Virus genome (UHGV): UHGV-0124835
DNA: 16,897 nt
DNA from: a virus
Direction: 5' to 3' (one strand)
The translations under genes were made by a program, and so were the position numbers. The number at the start of each line of letters is the position of its first letter. Positions within the stretch are counted from its first letter, which is position 1. The notes under the pieces were generated by a model. The model made no database searches and was not told the DNA's origin. It saw only the letters and a list, made by a program, of their open reading frames with translations. This document shows, piece after piece, positions 1 through 7,383 of this stretch.

Positions 1-49
1 TAAAGCGTGGTGTTGCCCTCCACGCAGTTAACATGACGGGTATTAAGGA

Positions 50-1363
50 TTAACTTACTGATTTTAATAAGCCTCTGGTGTCACTTTGGTGACTATGGGG
101 CATCATTGGGACATAATCTGTCAGCTTCTGATTCAGCATTGCGATCTGTTCTGCATTGCTGTCAGTCATCCATGCTCCGTATACATTGAATACCATCTGG
201 GCACTTGCATGGCCCATCTGGCTGGCAATGAAGCTTGGGTTTGCTCCGGCAGATAATGACCAGCACGCATAAGTGTGTCGTGACTGGTATGCCTTTCGAT
301 GCCTGATCCCTGCACGCTTAATGGCTGTTTCCCATGAGTCACCTACAGAATCGACTTTGTAGACAAAACCTACCTGTTCGCTTTTTCTAACCACTTGAGG
401 GTTAAACACGAAAGTACATTCATGGTTCACTGAACGTCCATATTCACGTAGTTGCACCTTGATGTTGTACTGCTTACCCAGTCTTGTCATTTCAGCCTGA
501 TTTTTCAGGACACTGATAGCGGGCTGGATAAGGTGCACAACCCTGTTTGTGCTTGCTTCAGTTTTCGGTAGAGTGAACTCACCAAGTTTCGTATAATTGC
601 GCCTGATGGTAATTGTTCCTGCCTTCAGATCGATATCTTCCCAGGCCAGGGAGACCAGTTCACCGTGACGCATTCCTGTGTACACAGCCAATGACCACAG
701 GTTTTTCGTCTGCTGATGTCGGCAAGCATCTATCAGGCGAATAAATTCGTCACGAGTTAGCGGATCTGGCTCTGCCCTGGCTCTTTTAAGAGGCTTAATT
801 CCCTGGAAGGGATTTGCTTCTAAGTAACCGTGATCTGCAGCAAACTGAAACATTCCAGCGATTGTCGTCATGTAATAATTTACAGTAACGACGCTCCGTC
901 CTTTTGCTGCTGCTTTGTTTTTCGTTGAATTCTGATACCCGGTAAGCAAATCTTTCCTGATATACAGCAATTCCTCTTTGGTTACCGATGACACCAGTCT
1001 ACTGCCTCCAATTTTCGGAACCATCGTTCTTGCAACGGATTCATAGCGATTGAATGCATTTGCAGAGATTTCCATTCGTTTCAGATCCAGCCACTTTTCT
1101 TCAAGTTCCTTCACCCTAATTTCTTTTTTACTTACCCCAAAAGCCTGAAGGTTGGGGGAGTCAGGGAACTGTGCAGCATAATCAAAGCTTCCTGTGCGGA
1201 TGGCAAAACATACTGATGTCCGCAGTTCCCCGGCGATCTTCCTGTTCTTGGCAGTGTCAGGGACACCAAGATTTTCCCTGACACGTTTACCTTTAAAATT
1301 AAACCAGATGCGTAATGTGCCGCCGTGGTTTTCGACGCCTGTTGGATATTTGACTTTATCCAT
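50..1363 (-). CDS. int: phage integrase, tyrosine recombinase family
   Basis: 437-aa track ORF; C-terminal region carries the tyrosine-recombinase pattern (RHTYACWSL ... GHASAQMVFNVYGAWM); sits at the prophage edge next to an excisionase-like gene. My hand count of the displayed text places the ATG 1 nt from the track start; track coordinates used. Confidence 0.9.
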   Translation of the reverse strand: MDKVKYPTGVENHGGTLRIWFNFKGKRVRENLGVPDTAKNRKIAGELRTSVCFAIRTGSFDYAAQFPDSPNLQAFGVSKKEIRVKELEEKWLDLKRMEISANAFNRYESVARTMVPKIGGSRLVSSVTKEELLYIRKDLLTGYQNSTKNKAAAKGRSVVTVNYYMTTIAGMFQFAADHGYLEANPFQGIKPLKRARAEPDPLTRDEFIRLIDACRHQQTKNLWSLAVYTGMRHGELVSLAWEDIDLKAGTITIRRNYTKLGEFTLPKTEASTNRVVHLIQPAISVLKNQAEMTRLGKQYNIKVQLREYGRSVNHECTFVFNPQVVRKSEQVGFVYKVDSVGDSWETAIKRAGIRHRKAYQSRHTYACWSLSAGANPSFIASQMGHASAQMVFNVYGAWMTDSNAEQIAMLNQKLTDYVPMMPHSHQSDTRGLLKSVS

Positions 1364-1418
1364 CGATACCTCCAGACGCCCAAGAGCGATACGAGCTTAC
1401 ATATTTCATGATATTAAA

Positions 1419-1655
1419 TCACCTGGGTTGTTTGTTTTTCATTGAGGCGACCCAGGCATCTATTGCTTTTCTGTTATACATACATTCACTGGAAGGCTTT
1501 GGATTACCGTCTGGTGATACGTGAATATACTCTCTTCCAACCATCCAGCATTCTTTCCGGGCCCGAAGAATTGTGCCTGGTTTGAGCCCGGTAATTGCGA
1601 TAAGAACGCTTTCACAAACCCATTCATTGGGAGCCAGTTGAATCACATTGCCCAT
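1419..1655 (-). CDS. xis: excisionase-like protein (DUF1233-type putative excisionase)
   Basis: 78-aa ORF immediately upstream of int on the same strand; ATG at 1655 preceded by GAGG; small basic protein resembling enterobacterial prophage excisionases from memory. Confidence 0.6.
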   Translation of the reverse strand: MGNVIQLAPNEWVCESVLIAITGLKPGTILRARKECWMVGREYIHVSPDGNPKPSSECMYNRKAIDAWVASMKNKQPR

Positions 1656-1663
1656 GTATTACC

Positions 1664-1810
1664 TCACACAACACTCAGCCCACGGCAGTGGCACCACACT
1701 TCAAACATTCGCTTCACAACTTCACGACAGTAGAAGCCGTCAACATCTCGCGTCAGGTAATAGCGATTGCCGTAACGCTGGTGGACCCATCGTTCAAATG
1801 CTTTATTCAT
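1664..1810 (-). CDS. hypothetical small protein (48 aa), not in ORF track
   Basis: Hand translation MNKAFERWVHQRYGNRYYLTRDVDGFYCREVVKRMFEVWCHCRGLSVV; ATG preceded by AAGGAAG; its TGA stop lies 8 nt before the xis ATG, and the upstream ORF stops 4 nt before its ATG, so it fits a tightly packed operon. Confidence 0.4.
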   Translation of the reverse strand: MNKAFERWVHQRYGNRYYLTRDVDGFYCREVVKRMFEVWCHCRGLSVV

Positions 1811-1813
1811 TCT

Positions 1814-2092
1814 TTACTTCCTTTTTATGGCTCGTAATTTTTTCAGGTGCTTTTCCTGCTCAGTGTCCGCGAGAATTTTGCGGTACTCCTGGTGGTCAAT
1901 ATGTTCGAACAGGCAGTTTAACTCACCAATGCGTACCCGCCCGGATCGTCCGTCCATCCGTCGAAAGAACACTGAGTGCTCAGTGATACGAGTAATCACC
2001 ACGGGGTATCCGGCTCTGTCCGTGTATATCTGACCGCGTTGAATCAAAGCGAACATGTGGTTATCCCCATCGACAAATCGAGAACACAACAA
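1814..2092 (-). CDS. hypothetical protein, possibly the remnant 3' part of a disrupted upstream gene
   Basis: 92-aa track ORF whose first codon is TTG with no convincing SD; an internal ATG (Met13) has a weak GGGGA upstream. A G6 tract lies just upstream in the junction with the previous gene. Confidence 0.35.
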   Translation of the reverse strand: MLCSRFVDGDNHMFALIQRGQIYTDRAGYPVVITRITEHSVFFRRMDGRSGRVRIGELNCLFEHIDHQEYRKILADTEQEKHLKKLRAIKRK

Positions 2093-2141
2093 ACGCTGCT
2101 GCGAATACCACCCCCCAGAGTTACGATTGCATCAGGCCAGC

Positions 2142-2885
2142 TCATTGATTCACCTCCTGCCTGTCGTCCGGCATTCGCTCACTACAGCTTATCCAACCAT
2201 CCGGAGTTACCGGAACTTGTGGAATGGCTGTCTGCTCTCGAACGTCATTAGGCGCTATAGGTTCTGCTGCCAACTGACTGGCATATTTGTTAATGGTAAC
2301 GATAAGCTCTTGCTCAGCCTCATCCAGACAATCACCGATACCTCGCCTGTCACCGTCAAAATCATCGAAATCGGCACGAATCCTGGCAACCTTCAGGATT
2401 GCGGACAACACCTCACTAGGAATTGCCGGATAGTTGGTTGACGTTTCCGCGATTTCCCGAAAATTATTGGTTGACGAATTCTTGTTTTCCCGAAAGTTTC
2501 CGGACTGAAGCATGGCGGCGCGGCAGGCGTTCCATATTTCGGCAGCAATATCGCGCTCGCTATCGGTTAATTTGTACGTTGAAACATAGCCAGAGAGCAT
2601 TTCTACGTTTTCCGGAGTTGCTTCTTCAGGCACTACCGGTGCTGGCGGGGCGATGCGTCCAAGCAACTTATTTACCTCTTTCGCCATCGCGTCATATTTA
2701 TCTAAATGGCGATTAGCTTCTAAGCAGACTCGGCGCATCTGATCTGAGTTAACTCGTTTAACTGGATCTGCTTCCAGCGATGCCAGCGCAATCCGTGCCA
2801 GTTCCATTTGTTCACCACGGGTAAGCCCGTTTTCAAGCGGATTTTTAATGAACAATTCAATACGTTCTTTGGTAATAGTGGTCAT
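2142..2885 (-). CDS. hypothetical phage protein with truncated DUF551-like C-terminus
   Basis: 247-aa ORF; C-terminus ...PDGWISCSERMPDDRQEVNQ* resembles the start of the DUF551 motif (WIsv.drlPe...) but stops before the rest of that domain. Confidence 0.7.
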   Translation of the reverse strand: MTTITKERIELFIKNPLENGLTRGEQMELARIALASLEADPVKRVNSDQMRRVCLEANRHLDKYDAMAKEVNKLLGRIAPPAPVVPEEATPENVEMLSGYVSTYKLTDSERDIAAEIWNACRAAMLQSGNFRENKNSSTNNFREIAETSTNYPAIPSEVLSAILKVARIRADFDDFDGDRRGIGDCLDEAEQELIVTINKYASQLAAEPIAPNDVREQTAIPQVPVTPDGWISCSERMPDDRQEVNQ

Positions 2886-2895
2886 GTGTTACTCC

Positions 2896-3159
2896 TTAAC
2901 CCGCAGTGCTTTCAACTGATGAGGGGAACAAAATCTTTTCATCAAACCCTGCATTCATATCATTGACAGCAACACACCAATCCATTGACGAACGATTATC
3001 AAGAGCCTCCATGATTTCATCCATGCGGCGCAGGTCATACAGGTAAATGCTTTTATCGCCAATGGTGTAAAAACCAATTTTTTTCGGTGATGGGCAGCGA
3101 TCAAGAACGTCCTGTAATTCGCTCAACCATGCTTGTTCTTTTTTTGTCAAAGTTGCCAT
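2896..3159 (-). CDS. hypothetical protein (87 aa)
   Basis: Track ORF 2896..3321 trimmed to the internal ATG at 3159 (MATLTKKEQAWLSELQ...), preceded by AAGGAGAG and lying 1 nt after the TGA stop of the upstream gene. Confidence 0.6.
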   Translation of the reverse strand: MATLTKKEQAWLSELQDVLDRCPSPKKIGFYTIGDKSIYLYDLRRMDEIMEALDNRSSMDWCVAVNDMNAGFDEKILFPSSVESTAG

Positions 3160-3160
3160 A

Positions 3161-3784
3161 TCACTCTCCTTTGATGCGAATGCCAGCGGCGCGCTCGGCT
3201 TCACTTTGTTCCCAAAACCACTTGTGAAGCTCCATAAGCTTTTCGTCAATCGGTGCATATTTGCGATTAAAGTAGGCCTGAGCATCTTTCTCAGATTCGT
3301 CCGGCAATTCGCCTGGGCCAAACAGTGTGTTATAAATCCATGCCAGTCCGCTTTTAGCGTCGCCAGTTGCCTGCCATTCGATAATCGCAGCCTGCATGAC
3401 CAGAATGTTTTTCCCGATTAACAGGTCCAGCTCTTTGAACCGGTTGCGGATGTATGCATTCTCGCTTTGTAATTTTGCGTTGCGCTTCTCTGCGGCTTCC
3501 AGCTCAACACGCAGCTTCCCTACAGTTAGCGCAATTTCCTCGTTCTCCTGATCGCGGCGTTTTATGTATTGCTGGTTTCTTTCCCGTTCATCCAGTAGTG
3601 CCAGCACGGTTTCTGGTCCGGTCAGAAATTTGAAGGCATTGAGCGCATCAATATCCACACCGTAATCTTTAAGTTCCTGTTCACTTAACAAATCATCATC
3701 AGTTGGCAACATTAACAGGCGTTCCATTGCTGGAATTGCACGTTCTGCTGCCTCACGCAGTGCCTGGTAATTAATTTCGCTCAC
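3161..3784 (-). CDS. Ead/Ea22-like family protein
   Basis: 207-aa ORF; GTG start preceded by AAGGAGG; N-terminus MSEINYQALREAAE... matches the characteristic N-terminus of lambdoid Ea22-like proteins (from memory). Confidence 0.7.
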   Translation of the reverse strand: MSEINYQALREAAERAIPAMERLLMLPTDDDLLSEQELKDYGVDIDALNAFKFLTGPETVLALLDERERNQQYIKRRDQENEEIALTVGKLRVELEAAEKRNAKLQSENAYIRNRFKELDLLIGKNILVMQAAIIEWQATGDAKSGLAWIYNTLFGPGELPDESEKDAQAYFNRKYAPIDEKLMELHKWFWEQSEAERAAGIRIKGE

Positions 3785-3830
3785 TGGTTGCCTCCTTTGC
3801 GAAGCTCTGCGGCTAAATACTCCAACGCCA

Positions 3831-4223
3831 TTACCGGGACGCCAACAAGCACAGTTCCTTTAAACTTCTTATGCAGGTGCTCGATAGCTGTATCCACGCC
3901 CTGCGCCGTACTTCAGCCAGGAAAGCATCGGTGGCCGGAGTTTCAGGAATCCGTCTCCTCATCAGTTCTATTGCATGATTGAACCCGAAATCTTCAGCAA
4001 GAGATACGTCATCCATATTGTCATTGTCGTCCTCAATATCCCGTGGTTCTGGAATTGCAGACTTTATTACCGCATTCTCCGCCGCCAGCGCCGCGCACTT
4101 GGCCTCAAGAGCGGCAACCACTTCCTGATGGTCTTTGTACTTAACGTATGAGCCGGAGATGTCATCACCTTCGGTGTTTAGCCATGCGTCATTGCAATTC
4201 ACTGCGTAGGTTCTGATGCTCAT
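3831..4223 (-). CDS. hypothetical protein (130 aa), possibly the C-terminal part of a split Ea22-like paralog
   Basis: Track ORF 3831..4280 trimmed to the ATG at 4223 (MSIRTYAVNCNDAW...), preceded by GGGAGAG; that ATG overlaps the TGA stop of the upstream 61-aa ORF (ATGA). Confidence 0.5.
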   Translation of the reverse strand: MSIRTYAVNCNDAWLNTEGDDISGSYVKYKDHQEVVAALEAKCAALAAENAVIKSAIPEPRDIEDDNDNMDDVSLAEDFGFNHAIELMRRRIPETPATDAFLAEVRRRAWIQLSSTCIRSLKELCLLASR

Positions 4224-4405
4224 GTTGATGCTCTCCCGCCCCTGACAGACGCCAGGCCAGTCAATAAAGTATCCGCACAATGCCTACCCTCAGACGTGCG
4301 CGCAGGATAAATGCCGTTATGACCCGGCAAAATATATGCTACCCATTCATCTTGCGTTGCCTGTTCCGCCGCCTCGCGCAGTGCCTGATAGTCAATCTTG
4401 CTCAC
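4220..4405 (-). CDS. Ead/Ea22-like N-terminal fragment or short paralog (61 aa)
   Basis: GTG start with AAGGAGG; N-terminus MSKIDYQALREAAEQATQDEW parallels the gene at 3161..3784; the C-terminal half is Arg/Gly-rich and looks out of frame. Confidence 0.45.
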   Translation of the reverse strand: MSKIDYQALREAAEQATQDEWVAYILPGHNGIYPARTSEGRHCADTLLTGLASVRGGRAST

Positions 4406-4706
4406 TGGCAGCCTCCTTTGCCGGGATTTCTAACTTTTGAGTGGTTGTATCAAATTCAAACAACTTAACCACGTCATCAAACAGGACATAATCACCATCA
4501 GGATCTTCAGTCATATCTGCGCCACAATCCTGACCGCACGAGTCGCAACCATCCATATCAAGCTCGTATCGCTTCAGGTTTGCGATATTTGATAAATTCA
4601 GCGCCAGTACAGCCAGGTCATAAACCTCTTCGGCAGTGACATCGCTGTTCAGTCCCATTTCATGGCGATATATGATTTTTTCTACTCGTTGTTTTGTGAT
4701 CGTCAT
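4392..4706 (-). CDS. hypothetical protein (104 aa)
   Basis: Track ORF 4392..4730 trimmed to the ATG at 4706 (MTITKQRVEKIIYRHEMG...) preceded by GAAGAGGAAA; its stop overlaps the start of the next gene. Confidence 0.6.
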   Translation of the reverse strand: MTITKQRVEKIIYRHEMGLNSDVTAEEVYDLAVLALNLSNIANLKRYELDMDGCDSCGQDCGADMTEDPDGDYVLFDDVVKLFEFDTTTQKLEIPAKEAASEQD

Positions 4707-4977
4707 TTTCCTCTTCACTCCGATATACAAGGATTACTACACCCCCTCTGCTGATTGCGCGAGCTGGATCCCCTGGTTCCATGCCGTCAATTCCGAAGGC
4801 TTCGGAAAACGCATTCATTGCCTTCTGGCGTTCATCCTGCTTACGGCGTTTATTCCATTTTTTCAGGAACAACAGCGACAGCCACCGTCCGCTGCAGAAC
4901 ACGATGTAAAAATAACCAAGGAGCGCCAGGCCGACATTCAGGGCCGTTTCTATGGTTAGTTGTGAGTCAGTTGCCAT
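4660..4977 (-). CDS. small membrane protein (one predicted TM helix)
   Basis: ATG at 4977 preceded by AGGTAAG; hydrophobic stretch ALNVGLALLGYFYIVFCSGRWLSLLFL followed by a basic KKWNKRRK segment; the true C-terminus is uncertain because of overlap with the next gene. Confidence 0.5.
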   Translation of the reverse strand: MATDSQLTIETALNVGLALLGYFYIVFCSGRWLSLLFLKKWNKRRKQDERQKAMNAFSEAFGIDGMEPGDPARAISRGGVVILVYRSEEENDDHKTTSRKNHISP

Positions 4978-5215
4978 TTCTTACCTGTTTAAGTAACTGG
5001 TTGAACATAACACTTAGGGGATTGCTGTATCCAAACGGCAGATTGTTTACGCAGTACAGAATCATTTTGTTTTTTTCTCCAGTTCGTACTATTAACCCAT
5101 TCCACAATAACCGTGATAATTCATTACTGATAGAAGTTGCGCTTCTTCCAAGTGCGAGGGATATATCTTCTCTACTGCAATCTGGATTTTCCTGGATATA
5201 CTCGATAACGGTCAT
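4967..5215 (-). CDS. small winged-helix-like putative DNA-binding protein (83 aa)
   Basis: Track ORF 4967..5257 trimmed to the ATG at 5215 (MTVIEYIQENPDCSREDISLALGRSATSISNELSRLLWNGLIVRTGEK...) preceded by AAGGGA, directly after the TAA of the upstream gene. Confidence 0.55.
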   Translation of the reverse strand: MTVIEYIQENPDCSREDISLALGRSATSISNELSRLLWNGLIVRTGEKNKMILYCVNNLPFGYSNPLSVMFNQLLKQVRNGN

Positions 5216-5225
5216 GTGGTCCCTT

Positions 5226-5807
5226 TTACTTAATATCTGTTTCGGATTGCATGCCATGAGTATTTATTTCGTTAATAATTTCATCCAGAAGGATTTCAAG
5301 CCCTTCTCGACCCATATCTGAAAGAATGAAACCTTTATCAGGGGAAGTAGTGAGCATTTTCTGATAAAGAAACAGCGCTCTTCCCATTCCTTCAGCTTCG
5401 CCGTATTTTTGAATTAAATTCCATTCAATATACTGTTGTAAGGCAAATCGAATGGGGCCGGGATATATCGTCATAAACCCATACATCCCGTTATATACCA
5501 CGGCGTGTTCAGTTGTTCCGTGTTCATTCAGGATATCAATTGTGCCGTTCTTGTCTTCTTCTTCGTTGATGAATGTCGTCACATACAACCATCGCCACTG
5601 AGCAACCTTCATCTCAACCGGAAGTTTACCCAGTAATCCTGCTTCGTCGGCTTGCGCCAGACACTGAAGGATACGTAAACCTCGCACATTAGGAGTATCG
5701 AATTCTCCGGCATCCAGACGACGTATGGCGTCGTGATAATCAATCGTCATACTGCCAGTTCGTATACCATTGGCTGTTGCTTCAGCCTGGAATTCATCGT
5801 ATTGCAT
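5226..5807 (-). CDS. hypothetical protein (193 aa)
   Basis: ATG at 5807 preceded by GAGGAA; long well-formed ORF with no motif I recognise. Confidence 0.7.
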   Translation of the reverse strand: MQYDEFQAEATANGIRTGSMTIDYHDAIRRLDAGEFDTPNVRGLRILQCLAQADEAGLLGKLPVEMKVAQWRWLYVTTFINEEEDKNGTIDILNEHGTTEHAVVYNGMYGFMTIYPGPIRFALQQYIEWNLIQKYGEAEGMGRALFLYQKMLTTSPDKGFILSDMGREGLEILLDEIINEINTHGMQSETDIK

Positions 5808-5896
5808 GATATTTATTCCTCATCTTCATCTTCATCTGCTGGTGCAATAACGTCATATCCTGCCCTTTCTGCAATAAACAGGAATGTTGAAAGAGT

Positions 5897-6001
5897 TCAT
5901 ACAAGTTCATCGTCATGAACATGGCGAATGAATATTACTTTCCCGTTTTTGATGGTCAGCAATACTCTGGTTTGTTCGTGTTCTGCTGTTTTCTGATGCA
6001 T
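5897..6001 (-). CDS. hypothetical small protein (34 aa), not in ORF track
   Basis: Hand translation MHQKTAEHEQTRVLLTIKNGKVIFIRHVHDDELV; ATG preceded by GGGAGA; the frame stays open past its TGA for 27 more codons ending in an acidic tail (ADEDEDEE). Confidence 0.3.
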   Translation of the reverse strand: MHQKTAEHEQTRVLLTIKNGKVIFIRHVHDDELV

Positions 6002-6003
6002 TA

Positions 6004-6117
6004 TTATCTCCCGTATGCTTTACGCAGAAATAAGCAGGCAATATGCATGTAATTTTCACCGTATTGTGCAATAAGGCAGGCGGTCTTGTGTGATGCCATA
6101 TTCTTTATAAAAGTCAC
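6004..6117 (-). CDS. hypothetical small protein (37 aa), not in ORF track
   Basis: GTG start 7 nt downstream of a perfect AGGAGG; TAA stop abuts the ATG of the next small ORF (TAATAATG). Confidence 0.3.
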   Translation of the reverse strand: MTFIKNMASHKTACLIAQYGENYMHIACLFLRKAYGR

Positions 6118-6195
6118 AATAAAGCCTCCTGTGGATTAAGGTTGTAACAATCCCCGGCGATAAAACCGCAATAAACGTTCAGGGCATATTTGTTG

Positions 6196-6561
6196 TTATT
6201 GCGCTAATTCTTTTTCGGCAGCAGCTTTTGTATACTCACATGCAAAACTCAGAATTTCGCTGCCGAGTGTTTTCGTTTCGTGATTACTGGACATATGTAA
6301 TACCTGTGTTGCATGCAATAAATGATAAACATTTACCGCAAATGAATCAGGCTCCAGACAAATGCCTTCGTAATTATCTTGCTGTGAGGTTGTTTCTGTC
6401 ATTGCTCCTAAAGTGCATGCGAGCCTGTTTTTGACAATTCTCTTTTCTCTAATCACTATATCGGCAACATCTATTGCCTTTACAACCTCCGGGAGAAGTT
6501 CCGGGTTTGTATAATCAAAGTCATCAACATGGAGAACAGTTATGTTTTCGAACTTTTTCAT
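6196..6561 (-). CDS. hypothetical protein (121 aa), second gene of the cI-downstream module
   Basis: ATG at 6561 preceded by GAGGAAG; no recognisable motif. Confidence 0.65.
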   Translation of the reverse strand: MKKFENITVLHVDDFDYTNPELLPEVVKAIDVADIVIREKRIVKNRLACTLGAMTETTSQQDNYEGICLEPDSFAVNVYHLLHATQVLHMSSNHETKTLGSEILSFACEYTKAAAEKELAQ

Positions 6562-6599
6562 GGCTTCCTCAGCTGACTTATATGTTCTGCTATATAGCG

Positions 6600-6628
6600 A
6601 GTCTCAGAAGTGTTTTCATATTGAGACT
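6600..6628. promoter_or_regulatory. 7-bp inverted repeat (AGTCTCA-N15-TGAGACT) upstream of the 121-aa gene
   Basis: Perfect 7-bp arms with a 15-nt spacer, about 40 nt upstream of the ATG at 6561, overlapping a TATATA -10-like element on the minus strand. Confidence 0.35.
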
Positions 6629-6689
6629 GTTTCCGCAATGATTGATAAAAATGTTCGCATGTACCTTGAAGGGCGAAGCGGCGATTATG

Positions 6690-7238
6690 TCACCATTGGT
6701 ATTGGTTCTTCCGCAGAAGAGCTTCGCGAGATAAGGGGCAAACTTGTTGAGATGCGTCATGGTGTTGCTGCTCCTCACTTTTTGGTTGCTCCGGAGGAGT
6801 AACCTCACCAGTTAACAGCCACATCGGATCGCAGCCAAGAATATTTGCCAGTGGGATAAGCATACTGATAGTTGGTTCATACTCTCCGCTCTCCCACTGG
6901 ATGATAATTTCTTCATCGAGATCGAGCAGCCTGGCGAGTTCGGCGGTTGTTAAGCCGCAGGCTTCGCGTTGGGTGCGAAGGTTAACCAGCCAGCTTTCAG
7001 GGAAGGATTGTTTTTGTTGTGCAGGAGAAGCAGCAGATAGAGCATATTCATGGATAAATTCCATTACCTCAATGCCCAGTTCCTTTGAGCGAGCACAATC
7101 CAGAAGATGGAATGTGCGTACAGCACTTAGCAAATTTGCAATATTTAATGCAAAGGAATCAAGTTCTAAGCCCTTAAGCGTAACACAGCCGCAGTTGATA
7201 AAATTAGTTGTTTCTGGAGTTGCTTTTAGTGTCTTCAT
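6690..7238 (-). CDS. XRE-family helix-turn-helix domain protein with unknown N-terminal domain
   Basis: Track ORF 6690..7268 trimmed to the ATG at 7238 (MKTLKATPETT...); residues LTTAELARLLDLDEEIIIQWESGEYEPTISMLIPLANILGCDPMWLL match the Cro/C1-type HTH consensus; the ~95-aa N-terminal region is unrecognised. Confidence 0.7.
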   Translation of the reverse strand: MKTLKATPETTNFINCGCVTLKGLELDSFALNIANLLSAVRTFHLLDCARSKELGIEVMEFIHEYALSAASPAQQKQSFPESWLVNLRTQREACGLTTAELARLLDLDEEIIIQWESGEYEPTISMLIPLANILGCDPMWLLTGEVTPPEQPKSEEQQHHDASQQVCPLSREALLRKNQYQW

Positions 7239-7350
7239 ATATCCGCCAACAATTTTAAATTGAATCAAATCAAGTTATAATTGATGGTGCGATATTATGT
7301 TTTGGGAAACAGGCTGTCAAGAAAAAATTGATATCGTATATTTCAGGCAG

Positions 7351-7372
7351 AAAAAAACGGGCAAAGCCCGTT
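7351..7372 (-). terminator. rho-independent terminator downstream of cI
   Basis: On the minus strand ACGGGC-TTT-GCCCGT followed by T7 (plus strand shows A7-CGGGC-AAA-GCCCG-TT), 12 nt after the cI stop. Confidence 0.75.
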
Positions 7373-7383
7373 AAAATCAAAGA

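Noticed and set aside
781-790. boxA-like GCTCTTTTA motif suggesting a nut site
   Set aside because: It lies inside the integrase coding region on the non-template strand and has no adjacent boxB hairpin.
2092-2160. Single programmed frameshift fusing the 247-aa and 92-aa ORFs
   Set aside because: Hand translation of all three frames across the junction shows stop codons in each candidate frame, so no single +1 or -1 shift gives a continuous product.
1194-2441. Several plus-strand ORFs (1194..1445, 1521..1733, 1648..1986, 1827..2033, 1976..2251, 2055..2441)
   Set aside because: All are antisense to minus-strand genes that have SDs and coupled starts; their products are low-complexity and several rely on non-ATG starts.
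6542-6802. Plus-strand 86-aa ORF between the two cI-downstream genes
   Set aside because: It is mostly antisense to the 3' end of the HTH-protein gene; the protein-like look probably reflects antisense reading of Gln/Glu-rich codons, and no SD was found. It is the only ORF in the 6562-6689 gap, so it is kept as a low-probability alternative.
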